From IMG/VR virus record IMGVR_UViG_3300032305_002820, positions 1-33,269 of that record: 33,269 nucleotides of DNA; one strand, 5' to 3'. The notes beneath the pieces were generated by a model. That model was given only the letters and a program-made list of their open reading frames with translations, searched no databases and was not told where the DNA came from. Below are positions 15,901-25,818 of the stretch, piece after piece. Every line of letters begins with the position of its first letter. Positions within the stretch are counted from its first letter, which is position 1. Source of the DNA: a virus (taxonomy: Duplodnaviria; Caudoviricetes). Both the position numbers and the translations under genes were made by a program.

Positions 15901-18042
15901 TTATTGATTTTCTAAAGTAGATTGAGTAGCTAAGTTGGTTAAAATGTATTGTTTAACGTCAGTAATAACTCTTTTCTGTAGCGGTTCTTTTTGCCTTCTT
16001 AAAATGCTTTCTAATGCTTTAATTGAAGCTCCTCTGTTTACTAAAATCTTAGCCAATTCGTCAGCATTTTTCTTGTTTATGCCCGCAAATTTGTTACTAA
16101 GGGCGTTGTGAGTTGCTTCTATTAGAGTAAATGGATTTAGCTTGCTTTTAGCTACAGTTAAACTGCCTTTGATTGCTTCATTTAAAAACTCATCATCCCC
16201 GGTCAAGTTGTAATCAGTTCTTGAGCCACCCAAAACTTTTGCTTTAGTGTCTGCGGCCTTCATTTCAGAGATCATTTTAGTTTGGAATTCTTCAAACTTT
16301 AGGTCGTTGCCTATTACTGCCTTTAGCTGCTCTCTTTTAAAATCATTACCAAAGATACGTTTTGAAGAGTCTGCGCCATCGGGAGTTGAAAACACTGTTT
16401 TTTGCAAATCTTCTCTAGCTCCTATTCTATAAGAATCTCTTTCAGCTGGTGATAATAGTAACATCTGCCTTTTGATTTCTTCGGGCTTTAACTTAGAAAA
16501 CTGTAAACCTTTTTGTTGAGCATTTATTAGCTTACTAGAATCTTCAAAAATTGATAATGCTTGAGAGTAATCAGGACTAAGAGCCTTAAGTTTTTGAGTA
16601 AGTTCTACCCTTAGCCCGTCTGGAATAGTAGCAGCATATTTTGCGCCCGTTCTTTTAAGAGTTTCAGCTTTGTCATAAAGACTTTGCTTAACCATATCCA
16701 GTAATAACAAAGAATTATCAGGAGCTTCGTCTGGCGAGATTCTGAATTCTTTCCTAACTGACTTTAGCTCTGGCTGTATTTTTTCAAAAAGCTTTTCGTT
16801 ACCTTTAACTGATAGTTGAGGGCCACCAACTGGAACTGCGGATTGTCTCGCATTTTTCCATTCTTCCAAAATTTTTAATTCTTCACCAGATTTATTTAAT
16901 GATTTTTGATTTATTTTATCGCTTGAATAAGTGCTGCCAGAAATTGATTTTCTTTGCAGTAAATCATTAATTTTTGCCGCATATTCTTCATCAATTGCTT
17001 CTAAACTCTTACCCTTACCAAAGGCCTTTTCGTAAAGGGGAGCGGATAAATCTCGCCTTGATTTAATTAAGTCATCTAAGTTACCAAAATAGCTATTTAC
17101 CGAAGAAACATCTTTAGATAGATGGTTTATAATTCTTTTTGAAGCTCCTTCGCTTCTTTTTTCTAAAGCATCATGAACTATATCTCTAGCCGTTGAAATT
17201 TTACCAACTGCACGAGTTAACCCCTTTATTGAATCACCCGCTATATCAGGTAATAAAATTGGATTTTCTGGTAAATTATCGACATTTTTTAATTTATCGA
17301 GTAAGGCAACTGTCTCTTGTCTGGGTAATTTAGCGGCTATAATGTCAACTGGACTTTTTGCGGTAACTAATTTTTTACCTATGTTATAGCTACCACCAGC
17401 AACTTTTGCAACTGTGCCCAAGCCAGCACCGAACAAACTTCCAGTGATTGCTCCACCTAATGTTTCCTTTGCCCTATTTTCTAAGCCAACCTCTTCTTGT
17501 TGAGATAAACCTTGCGATACTGCCCCACCAACTCCACTACCAACAGCTAATCCAGCAATTTTTGAGCCAGTAGCAGCGGCAACTTTAGCACCCGTTCCAA
17601 CTCCCGTGGTTAAAAAAGGAAGTATTTCGCCCAACACAGTCCCTACTTTTTCAGAAGTTGGTAATTTATCTTGCTCTTCTTTTCTAACTTTTACTTGTTC
17701 AGCTAATCTATTGCCGAAGGTTTGCATCCCTATATTATCGCCAAAATATAGTTTTTCTATTAATCTTGCAGCACTCTCACCGACATCTGTAGCAGCCTGA
17801 ACTCCACCGATAACAGAATTGCCGAGGCCTTGCGGTATACCAGCGGCAAAGTTACCAGCCCTTTTTAAGTTTCTTGAACTAAAAGAATCTTGTGATATTT
17901 GATTTTGATTATTTTGAGCTAACTGTGGTTTTGCTTGTTGAATAACGCTTTGAACAAAAGAATTTTGTTGGTCGGGACTTAAGTTTTTAAAACCCTCATC
18001 AACTTCAATTTCACCAACTCCATCAATTTCTAAATTAGGCAT
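15901..18042 (-). CDS. Large internal virion / DNA ejection protein
   Basis: 713 aa with a Gly/Ala-rich hydrophobic segment (GTGAKVAAATG...GGAITGSLFGAGLG); third of three genes after the nozzle. Confidence 0.75.
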   Translation of the reverse strand: MPNLEIDGVGEIEVDEGFKNLSPDQQNSFVQSVIQQAKPQLAQNNQNQISQDSFSSRNLKRAGNFAAGIPQGLGNSVIGGVQAATDVGESAARLIEKLYFGDNIGMQTFGNRLAEQVKVRKEEQDKLPTSEKVGTVLGEILPFLTTGVGTGAKVAAATGSKIAGLAVGSGVGGAVSQGLSQQEEVGLENRAKETLGGAITGSLFGAGLGTVAKVAGGSYNIGKKLVTAKSPVDIIAAKLPRQETVALLDKLKNVDNLPENPILLPDIAGDSIKGLTRAVGKISTARDIVHDALEKRSEGASKRIINHLSKDVSSVNSYFGNLDDLIKSRRDLSAPLYEKAFGKGKSLEAIDEEYAAKINDLLQRKSISGSTYSSDKINQKSLNKSGEELKILEEWKNARQSAVPVGGPQLSVKGNEKLFEKIQPELKSVRKEFRISPDEAPDNSLLLLDMVKQSLYDKAETLKRTGAKYAATIPDGLRVELTQKLKALSPDYSQALSIFEDSSKLINAQQKGLQFSKLKPEEIKRQMLLLSPAERDSYRIGAREDLQKTVFSTPDGADSSKRIFGNDFKREQLKAVIGNDLKFEEFQTKMISEMKAADTKAKVLGGSRTDYNLTGDDEFLNEAIKGSLTVAKSKLNPFTLIEATHNALSNKFAGINKKNADELAKILVNRGASIKALESILRRQKEPLQKRVITDVKQYILTNLATQSTLENQ

Positions 18043-19202
18043 TATTTTAACCTCCAGCCAATATTTCCAACCTTTCCGCTTGCTTGTGATTGCGAATTTG
18101 TTGCTTTATCTGTATCTCCTAATTGTCTTTTTGTTGATTCAATGCTGGCTTTCTTTTGAGTAATAAATGATTTTAGAATGACTTCTTTTTCGGTCGGTGA
18201 TTTATTCGGGTCTCCAAGAGTTGCCCTTAAAGTGTCCCCTTCTTTTTGTGTGAAGGCTGCGCCGAATATATCTCTTAATAAAGGAAGGACTTGATTATCT
18301 ACCTTTGAAATGTATTCCGCGCGAGCATTGCCACCTTCAGACATCGGTAAGCCCGCCTCCCTCAGAGCAAAATCTCTTGCTTGACCCGTTTTTGTATAAG
18401 TCGCTTTTTTACTTAGTTCGCCTAGTTCTTTTACTGTGCGCTCTAATTCTGGAAGCTTAGATTCTTGAGAATTTAAGCTTGATCTAGCTTCACCTCTGCC
18501 TTTTCCAACTTCAGCGCCCTCAGATTCAGCCGCTTTTGATGCGCTTTTTGAATCAAGTAAGCCCGCCATAGGGGCAACATTTCCTGAAGCATCAAACTCT
18601 AAACCTTGCCTTGCTAAACCTTGGGCTTGTGATAAAGCTTGTGCATAAGTAAGATTCGGGTTTTCTCTTCTAAGATTGTTTACAATTGCCCCAGTTGCAC
18701 CGCCATACGAACTAGAGTCAGGAGCAAAAGAGCTTTCTTTCTTTATGGCTGATCTGTATGTTGAATCATCAATAATTCCTGATTGATAGTCAGCCGCAAT
18801 TTTGCCAATTGAGCTTTGTGGCTCTGGTGATTTTAGAGAAGCTTTTAAAGCTTCTAATGAATAAGATTGACGAGTTTCTGGCGACAATGTTGAAGCTATA
18901 TCAGCTAAGTGAGGAAATTGTTTTGCAAAAGCTTGTTGTGAAGCAAATTCTTGTTCATTTAAGTCTTTTTGCGCTTTGTATTGAGCATAAGCTCCAATTC
19001 CCGCTGTTGCTAGTTGAGCAGCTAAACCAATGCCTCTCGCAGCTCCTCCGCCAAAGTTTGACGAATCCATCGCCATTTGCGAAATACTCCTACCAGTTGC
19101 AAGTTGCTGCTGGCTATTTTGATTTGCAGAATATCCACCCAAACTTTGAGCAACCGAACTTCTATTTACCGCGGGTCTTTCAACATTGCTTCTGTTAACC
19201 AT
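18042..19202 (-). CDS. Internal virion / DNA ejection protein
   Basis: Q/A/S-rich helical 386-aa protein with GAAFTQKEG motif; podovirus core position. Confidence 0.72.
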   Translation of the reverse strand: MVNRSNVERPAVNRSSVAQSLGGYSANQNSQQQLATGRSISQMAMDSSNFGGGAARGIGLAAQLATAGIGAYAQYKAQKDLNEQEFASQQAFAKQFPHLADIASTLSPETRQSYSLEALKASLKSPEPQSSIGKIAADYQSGIIDDSTYRSAIKKESSFAPDSSSYGGATGAIVNNLRRENPNLTYAQALSQAQGLARQGLEFDASGNVAPMAGLLDSKSASKAAESEGAEVGKGRGEARSSLNSQESKLPELERTVKELGELSKKATYTKTGQARDFALREAGLPMSEGGNARAEYISKVDNQVLPLLRDIFGAAFTQKEGDTLRATLGDPNKSPTEKEVILKSFITQKKASIESTKRQLGDTDKATNSQSQASGKVGNIGWRLK

Positions 19203-20320
19203 TATTTGATCCTCCTAAACTCTACGTCAATCTGCGAATAATCTACGCTTAAATAGCCGTCTCTTCCTTTTATTATAGCGCTAGGGTTGCTTTCTAGTAA
19301 ATCTTGGGCCATAACGCCTTCGTAAGTTCCAACACCATTTTTCTTATCTTTATAATCAAATTCATAAATTGGGATTCCGCTTGGTGAAATAGAGATTTGC
19401 TTAATGTTTTCTTTTAAATCTCTGTCGGAAGCTGCGGCTATAATTCCAGGCGCAGCTTGCACTCCAGCAGCCCCCAAGCCACCAAGTGCGCTATAAATTG
19501 CGTTTTTATTTTGCTGCCTTAGCTGCAATCTGTTTTGTTCGTTTTGGAAAGCTCTATTGATAGAAGATTGTTCTGCTCCAAATAAATCGAGACCGTTAAA
19601 ATTAGATCCCTGATTTTGAGCAAAGCTTGAGCCAGCACCGACTTGCGAACGGCCAAGTAATGAAGCTATTTCGTTAAATCTTTGACCCCTAACTTGCTCG
19701 CTAGTTTGAATTGAGGCTTGGCTTAAATCGGTGTATTGACGAGCAATTGAATCATCTAAGCGATTCATGGCCTCATTATAGCCCTCTGAACCAGCGGGCA
19801 TTCCTTGGTCCGCTAGTTGTTGAGCTAACTCTCTTCTTTGTTGCTTAACGATTGGATCAATCTGTGCCTTACCGCGTGCGAAAGTAGCATCTTGAATAGC
19901 TTGACCATTATTTGAGAAATCGCCGTTTAGAGAGCCACTTAATTGAGCAGCTAAACCTTCTTGGCGTAGCCTTTCAGATTTAGTAAAATCACTTTCTTTT
20001 AGTGTAATTGTATTTGTGTAAGGGTCGTAAGATTGTCCGCCCTCGGGTGTCTCAATAGTTGGGTTATTGAGTAATAAATCTTTTTGTTGCTCTGGAGATA
20101 AAGTTGAAAATAAATTAGCAATCGTTAAATCTTGTTTTGTGTAAGGCGTTCCATCTTTTTTAGTTTTTTCACCGCCAAAACTAAGAATGCTTCCGTCATC
20201 ATTAAATATAGCCTCTTTTCCACCAAAAATATTTCTTCCACTTCCTGCAAAATTATTTCCTCCAATGCCAAAACTACCAACTTTCGCGACTGTGCTTGCG
20301 GCTTTTTTTAACCAACCCAT
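19202..20320 (-). CDS. DNA ejection/pilot protein with C-terminal Peptidase S74 (autocleaving chaperone) domain
   Basis: LADQGMPAGSEGYNEAM motif; C-terminal SDRDLKENI...IYEFDYK...GVMAQDL...GYLSVDYSQI. Confidence 0.8.
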   Translation of the reverse strand: MGWLKKAASTVAKVGSFGIGGNNFAGSGRNIFGGKEAIFNDDGSILSFGGEKTKKDGTPYTKQDLTIANLFSTLSPEQQKDLLLNNPTIETPEGGQSYDPYTNTITLKESDFTKSERLRQEGLAAQLSGSLNGDFSNNGQAIQDATFARGKAQIDPIVKQQRRELAQQLADQGMPAGSEGYNEAMNRLDDSIARQYTDLSQASIQTSEQVRGQRFNEIASLLGRSQVGAGSSFAQNQGSNFNGLDLFGAEQSSINRAFQNEQNRLQLRQQNKNAIYSALGGLGAAGVQAAPGIIAAASDRDLKENIKQISISPSGIPIYEFDYKDKKNGVGTYEGVMAQDLLESNPSAIIKGRDGYLSVDYSQIDVEFRRIK

Positions 20321-20328
20321 AATTTTAT

Positions 20329-21885
20329 TTATAAACTATTATTAACGCTTACGCTGTAATCTGTCCTGTACCAATTAACTTGCTGCCCGTTTAGATCGAC
20401 TTTTATCGTCATACTAACATCTACACCTTGCCCCGATGATATTATTAATTCGTTCCTAGTGATATTTTCTGGACTCCAAGAAGACATATCCCACATGCTG
20501 ACATCCCACAAAGAGCCGCTAGAAGCAGAGCTTGAATTTTGTGTAGCTAAAAAAGATTTGCCGTAATCAAAGTTTACTGTAGTATTGAAAACGACTAAGC
20601 CATCTGCTTTGACTGTGTTTCTAAAAGAATTTATTGTTTTTTCTTGAGGGCTGCCGAGGTTAGAATAAGCAGATTGTGCTTTGCAGGCTATATTAGAGCC
20701 GTTATCGCTTAAGCCATCGTCTGCTTTATAAACAGAACCATTACCACCAAAATATAAGTTATTATTGAATAACCCCCAAGTATTAGCGTTTATGCCTGTG
20801 AATTTGGTTGCTGCCCCCGTAATCGTATTGATTACGTATTGATGGTAAGTAAGGTTGTTAGCTACTGGCACATTAAAAAGAAGCCAGCCACCTTTTGAAT
20901 ACAACACAACTTCCCAGCCATAATTGCTTGAATAAGCATTAACTGCATTTAAAGCTGCGCCTGAAAGCTTACCTTTTTGAGTAACTGCTCCATCATTCTT
21001 AAATACTTCGCTAAAAAAGACAAAATCTTGATCAGTAATAATAACCACATCACCAGCGACTTTCTTAGCTCCTCTTATGGCAATAGGACGACCTATTTTG
21101 TAAGTTCCAAGTAATGACCAATTTGCAGGATCAGAACCTTGGTAGAGCAGGACATCACCCGAAGACATTAGAAAAATAGCATAATCATCTACACCATTTC
21201 CGCCGTCCAAATTCCAAGTCATCATTGAAATTAAATTGCCACCAAAAGGGGCGACGCGTGAAAGTTGAAATTTAGTGAATGTTCCACCTATGGCGTTTGT
21301 TGCTCCATACCACACATCTTGACTATTGGAAGACCAGACATAAACCCTGTTTTTATGGACATTTATACCGTTTAATTGGGCTGGAGTTAATCCGCTTCCT
21401 GATATTGTGCTGGTCGCTAATGTGTTCCCATCAAATGTTAGCGGAGTATCAGAGCCATTAACTAAGATCAGATAAGAATTAAAATTAACCCATTGCCATC
21501 TCGCATTAGTATAGCCGCTGCCTAAATTAATTACGCTTGATACGTTAGTAATATCGTTTATTTGGGTACCGTTGGCACAAATAAATTTCCTTGTAGTGCC
21601 CGCATTATACTCCATCAAAGTTTCAACGTAACCAGACAGGCCTGTTAAGTATTGAGTAAAACCTTTTCTTGTTGAAACATAACCTTGCGATGGAAACCAA
21701 TTTTCCATCAAAACGGCATCCGTCGCTTCCATCGAACTTTCCGCATCTCTAGTATTTAATCCACCAACAGGCGAGGGAATATTTGATCTTAACGCTGACC
21801 CACTTCTTTCTTGATTTAATCCTACATAATTTGGATTGAGGTTAATTTCGTTTAACCTAGAGCTTTTATTAATTACTAAAGGCAT
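20329..21885 (-). CDS. Tail nozzle / tubular protein B-like (beta-propeller)
   Basis: PSPVGGLNTRD...A..MENWFP...RKG start and WD..WD..W end; follows the adaptor gene. Confidence 0.82.
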   Translation of the reverse strand: MPLVINKSSRLNEINLNPNYVGLNQERSGSALRSNIPSPVGGLNTRDAESSMEATDAVLMENWFPSQGYVSTRKGFTQYLTGLSGYVETLMEYNAGTTRKFICANGTQINDITNVSSVINLGSGYTNARWQWVNFNSYLILVNGSDTPLTFDGNTLATSTISGSGLTPAQLNGINVHKNRVYVWSSNSQDVWYGATNAIGGTFTKFQLSRVAPFGGNLISMMTWNLDGGNGVDDYAIFLMSSGDVLLYQGSDPANWSLLGTYKIGRPIAIRGAKKVAGDVVIITDQDFVFFSEVFKNDGAVTQKGKLSGAALNAVNAYSSNYGWEVVLYSKGGWLLFNVPVANNLTYHQYVINTITGAATKFTGINANTWGLFNNNLYFGGNGSVYKADDGLSDNGSNIACKAQSAYSNLGSPQEKTINSFRNTVKADGLVVFNTTVNFDYGKSFLATQNSSSASSGSLWDVSMWDMSSWSPENITRNELIISSGQGVDVSMTIKVDLNGQQVNWYRTDYSVSVNNSL

Positions 21886-22581
21886 CTAAGGAGTTACTAA
21901 TTTTGGATAACCAACTCTCGCATCACTATCAGAATAATTATGGCGGATTGTTTTTCTTGCTCCGTTTATTCTAGCTCTTTCTGCAACCGCTAAGTTAGAA
22001 ATTCTTAGCTCTTCTGAGTAAGGGCGGCCGTTGTTTTTTAGCCATCTCCAAGTTGAATCTAGCCTTAAAATTGTTTCGTCTATTAAAGGAACATCACTAT
22101 CAGCGAGCCAACTAGTTTGTGCTGCGCCCAATGAGCTCTGAATGACTTTGCTTGTTATGTACTCGTAGACATAACTTTCTGGTGAAGTTGGAATTGGAAA
22201 AATTAAAGTTTGATTGCCTCTAATTCTAAAATATTCACAAGAAGCTCCGCCAGAAATAGAGGAATTTTTTAACAATCTCCACTCCTGCGGTGTCATAGCT
22301 CCTTCAAGAGCCGTCATTTTAGTTGAATTCCAGAACGTGTTATTGATAAATCTGTCGAAATCTTCTGGTAAATTATAGCCTTCTGTCGCACCAACAGAAG
22401 TAAAAAAATTTTCTTTCTGTAGTTCTTGCCAGTCAAAAGATCGGCAAAGCTCAATTGTTGATATTTTTACAACTTCTAAAACTTGCTTTGCCGAGTCTTC
22501 ATTATTCCCTATAATACTAGTAGGAATACTACTGCTCTTAGTTTCTTGTAAAATGCTCTGCGCTAATGTTAAAAGTGACAT
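21886..22581 (-). CDS. Head-tail adaptor / tubular protein A-like
   Basis: MSLLTLAQ...WQEL...YNLPEDFDRFINNTFWN...FRIRG pattern. Confidence 0.8.
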   Translation of the reverse strand: MSLLTLAQSILQETKSSSIPTSIIGNNEDSAKQVLEVVKISTIELCRSFDWQELQKENFFTSVGATEGYNLPEDFDRFINNTFWNSTKMTALEGAMTPQEWRLLKNSSISGGASCEYFRIRGNQTLIFPIPTSPESYVYEYITSKVIQSSLGAAQTSWLADSDVPLIDETILRLDSTWRWLKNNGRPYSEELRISNLAVAERARINGARKTIRHNYSDSDARVGYPKLVTP

Positions 22582-23030
22582 TACTTAGAGCTTTTTTTTG
22601 AGTTTTCCTTGCTAGCTACTGTTTCCGCTGCTACTTCAGCAGTTTTTGCTTTCTTAGCTTCAGATTCAGCAAGCTTTTTCTTAAGCTCTTCAATTTCGGC
22701 ATAAGGATCAGCTGAAGCTGCGCTATTCTTTACTTCTAAATATTTTTCGTAAGCCCTTGAGAATAATTCAGTTTCTGGAACTAGGCGAATATCTTCGCCA
22801 GCTAAAATTCTTCTGTCTCCTGCCTTTCTTTCCACAATTGTTGTAGTGTCCGCTGGATTCTCAATTCTTATGTAAAGTCTAGGTTCTTCTTTTGAAGAAA
22901 TCACTATCCCTTTATCATCAACAAATTTAGAAACTTCATAAATTTTATCGAAAAATGCTACTTTTAAACCGCCGTCTCTCGTTAATACGAGTTGATTGGG
23001 TTTTACATCTAAAACTAGTCTTTCTTTCAT
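22581..23030 (-). CDS. Hypothetical protein (head module)
   Basis: 149-aa ORF between the decoration and adaptor genes, translationally coupled. Confidence 0.7.
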   Translation of the reverse strand: MKERLVLDVKPNQLVLTRDGGLKVAFFDKIYEVSKFVDDKGIVISSKEEPRLYIRIENPADTTTIVERKAGDRRILAGEDIRLVPETELFSRAYEKYLEVKNSAASADPYAEIEELKKKLAESEAKKAKTAEVAAETVASKENSKKSSK

Positions 23031-23052
23031 TTGTTTTTTATTAATTTATTGA

Positions 23053-23084
23053 AATTAAAGGGGGTTTTTATACCCCCTTTAATT
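23053..23084 (-). terminator. Intrinsic terminator after capsid/decoration genes
   Basis: Perfect stem AATTAAAGGGGGT-TTTTAT-ACCCCCTTTAATT. Confidence 0.75.
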
Positions 23085-23089
23085 ATTTA

Positions 23090-23572
23090 TTAGCCGTTTC
23101 CGTTTAAAGCAGGGAAAGCGATTTGGACAACTGCAAAGCCAGCTGAAGGGGTACCATCAGCAGTTTTATAGTTTGCGCCATCGATTGCATTAGTTGCAGA
23201 AACTGCATCGTCAATAGTGCCTGCGGTAGCAGTAACGTAAGGTCTTGCGCCAGCTACTGCAGTAGCTGATTTAACAACCGCAGAACCTCTAATTTGATAC
23301 CAGCCATAACTTGAAGCTACGTTTGCAGACATTGCGATCGCTACTGGACCACGAGATGCAGAAACGGCTCTTGTAGTTGTCCCAGCATATTGATCAAAAA
23401 TTACTGCATCGCCTATCGCAGTAGAGGCAACGCCCGCTAAATAAACAAATTCACCTTCGCCGTAAATTGGATCATTCGCGTTAATAACAGTTCCAACAGG
23501 AACTGTTTTAGTTGTAGAAGTTTCTGTAATCGCTTGGTTGATTATTCTTTCTTCTAAAATTGTGTAAGGCAT
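23090..23572 (-). CDS. Capsid decoration/cement protein
   Basis: Ala/Thr-rich 160 aa with DP.YG.GEFVYL.GV and YGWYQI.G motifs; directly after the major capsid gene. Confidence 0.75.
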   Translation of the reverse strand: MPYTILEERIINQAITETSTTKTVPVGTVINANDPIYGEGEFVYLAGVASTAIGDAVIFDQYAGTTTRAVSASRGPVAIAMSANVASSYGWYQIRGSAVVKSATAVAGARPYVTATAGTIDDAVSATNAIDGANYKTADGTPSAGFAVVQIAFPALNGNG

Positions 23573-23595
23573 GTTTTAATAAAATTAAGGTTAGA

Positions 23596-24555
23596 TTAAG
23601 GGTGCATTACGCCGTTAACACGAGCATTATCGATCGTCATGTTACCAGTTAAAACGATAGGTGTAACATAGCAGTTTTGATTGACTGGGCGCGAAGTTTC
23701 ACCAACTTCAAACAAATCCTTTCCTAAGTATTTTAAGAAAATGTGGTTTGTGTTCAAGAAGTAAGCGTGCGAAGCTGGGCACTCAGGATCGTAAAACACA
23801 TCTGCGTTTTTATAGCGATAGCTTGAATATCCTAATGCTCCAATTGCTGGGTCGGTGATTCGCTGAACTGTTTGAAGTGAAGTTTCGAAAAAACCAAAAT
23901 AAATGCTGTCGGCAGCAATTAAGTCAGGTAATTCACCAGCCTGCGCTTGGCAACGAGTCCAAAGGGCATTAAATGCAGCTTGCATAGTGCTTGCTGAAGC
24001 AGTCGCTGACTCAACAGAAAAATCATAGATTTTATTTCTCCAAACTGAAAAATTTGCTCTATTAATATTTCCTACTGTTCCGCTTGTCGGGTCATCAGCA
24101 ACTAAAAGTTGAAGACCGCCGATTTCTTTTCCACCAGTACCAGTGCCATCAGCATAAATTGAAGAGCCTAATTGGTTTGCTAAAGAATCTTTTAGAACTT
24201 TCTTTTTAGCTTCAGCTAGATTAATAAAGCCTTCCTTGCCAGCGTTCTGTTTCATCTCCAAATCACTCATTGTCATAGTTCCTGTAAGGATTTTTTGATT
24301 GAATGTTGCGGTAGTTAAAACGTCTTGCGGGGTAGTGTTAAAAGTATCATATTCACCTTGGTACTGAACAGTGCCGTTAGTTGCATATGAAATTTTTTCT
24401 TGAAAAGTCGCACCACCAGAAACTTTAACAATATTTCCTTTCGATTGCAGTCTGTTAAGTAAAGGGTGATTATTAACTATGCTGCTAGTAATCTCTGCTT
24501 TATAATTATCGAGAGTGGTGGTGAGTAGATTTGAGTAACTATTGGGATTTGGCAT
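23596..24555 (-). CDS. Major capsid protein
   Basis: 319 aa between scaffold and decoration genes; TTTL...NHPLL.RL.SKG, DGTG.GGKEIGGLQLLV, GTVGNINR..W.N motifs. Confidence 0.9.
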   Translation of the reverse strand: MPNPNSYSNLLTTTLDNYKAEITSSIVNNHPLLNRLQSKGNIVKVSGGATFQEKISYATNGTVQYQGEYDTFNTTPQDVLTTATFNQKILTGTMTMSDLEMKQNAGKEGFINLAEAKKKVLKDSLANQLGSSIYADGTGTGGKEIGGLQLLVADDPTSGTVGNINRANFSVWRNKIYDFSVESATASASTMQAAFNALWTRCQAQAGELPDLIAADSIYFGFFETSLQTVQRITDPAIGALGYSSYRYKNADVFYDPECPASHAYFLNTNHIFLKYLGKDLFEVGETSRPVNQNCYVTPIVLTGNMTIDNARVNGVMHP

Positions 24556-24594
24556 TTTTTATATTTATTAAGGTTATTTAATAAATATTAAGCT

Positions 24595-25596
24595 TTAAAT
24601 GTTGCCAACAGACCATCTGTCATATATCTCAGAAAGAGCGTCTTTTGATGAAGCGGGTTTGATTGCAAAGGAAGAAGAGCGACTTGATAGCTTTTTAAGT
24701 TTTTTAGCTTTTTCAATTTCTAATTCTTTTCTTTCCTTAGCTTTTCTTAAAATCTGCTCATCTCTTTTACTGCCTAGGTCGTCATCAAGAATAACGGCTT
24801 TTTCATAAGCTTTTTTAAGCCTAGAAATGCGTTCTTGTGAGTTTTTAGGCAAGCCTAGCTTTACCTTCTCCAGCTCAAGAATATCTTTTATTGAAGACTG
24901 TAAAACGTCGAAATGAGGATATTTAAGATCGCCACTTTCATCTATATCGTTAGCAAAATTTTCTACTTCTTGCTCGATAACAGAAAACTCGTCATTGATT
25001 TTTTGATTTTTTAGCTGCTGTAACTCTTGCTTAATACTTTCGAGTTGCTTGTCTCTCTCTATCTCTTCAGGGGTTCTATAATTATAATCATAGCTATCCT
25101 CAACAGGTTCTGTGAGACTTTTAAGGTCAATTTTGACGACCTTTGCAATGTGTTTAATAGCTTCGGCAGGGTTTGTGTCTAAAAATTTTAGTAAACCGCT
25201 AACGTTGCTGTATTCTTTCTTGAGATTGCCAAGCTCTAAACTTACTCTATCTTCTCTTGCACGCGCCACTTTGCCTGCCTCAAGAATTTTAGTTTGTAGC
25301 TCTTTATCTTTCACTGATTTGACGAGCTCCTTGAACTCCTTGGGTTGCCCACCGAGCTTCCTTTCTAGTTCTTTTATCTCCTCAATTTCAGAATCTTGTT
25401 TATCATCTTCTAGGGTCTCTTTCGACTCCTCCTCGCCAACTAAAGTCTCATCTTCAATTTGTTCGCTTTCTGGCTCTTCTTCTTTGTTTGCTACATCTAG
25501 CTTTGTTTCTTCTTCTGGATTTGTAGCTACATCTTGATTAAAAAATTGATCTAGCTCCTTAGAAAAAGAGTCGTTTATTTTGTTTTCTTCTGTCAT
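24595..25596 (-). CDS. Capsid scaffolding protein
   Basis: Very acidic N-terminus, coiled-coil and ...KYPHFD...AYEKAV; immediately upstream of the capsid gene. Confidence 0.8.
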   Translation of the reverse strand: MTEENKINDSFSKELDQFFNQDVATNPEEETKLDVANKEEEPESEQIEDETLVGEEESKETLEDDKQDSEIEEIKELERKLGGQPKEFKELVKSVKDKELQTKILEAGKVARAREDRVSLELGNLKKEYSNVSGLLKFLDTNPAEAIKHIAKVVKIDLKSLTEPVEDSYDYNYRTPEEIERDKQLESIKQELQQLKNQKINDEFSVIEQEVENFANDIDESGDLKYPHFDVLQSSIKDILELEKVKLGLPKNSQERISRLKKAYEKAVILDDDLGSKRDEQILRKAKERKELEIEKAKKLKKLSSRSSSFAIKPASSKDALSEIYDRWSVGNI

Positions 25597-25599
25597 GTT

Positions 25600-25818
25600 T
25601 TAATTATAGTCTTTGATGTGATAACCCTTGGATTTTATGCCGTCTAAGTAGGATTTTTTAGTAGTGTGAATCTTATTATCAGCGTGACTAAAAATCCCGC
25701 CATGCTTGCTAATATAGCCGTCAACTGTTAAATCCTCTTTTCCTTGGCGAAAAGGTCTTATTGACTCTTTTTCAATCCAAAGAGCCTTGCCGTTTTCGTA
25801 AACTAGCTTTTTAATCAT
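25600..25818 (-). CDS. Small hypothetical protein
   Basis: 72 aa between portal and scaffold, translationally coupled. Confidence 0.65.
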   Translation of the reverse strand: MIKKLVYENGKALWIEKESIRPFRQGKEDLTVDGYISKHGGIFSHADNKIHTTKKSYLDGIKSKGYHIKDYN

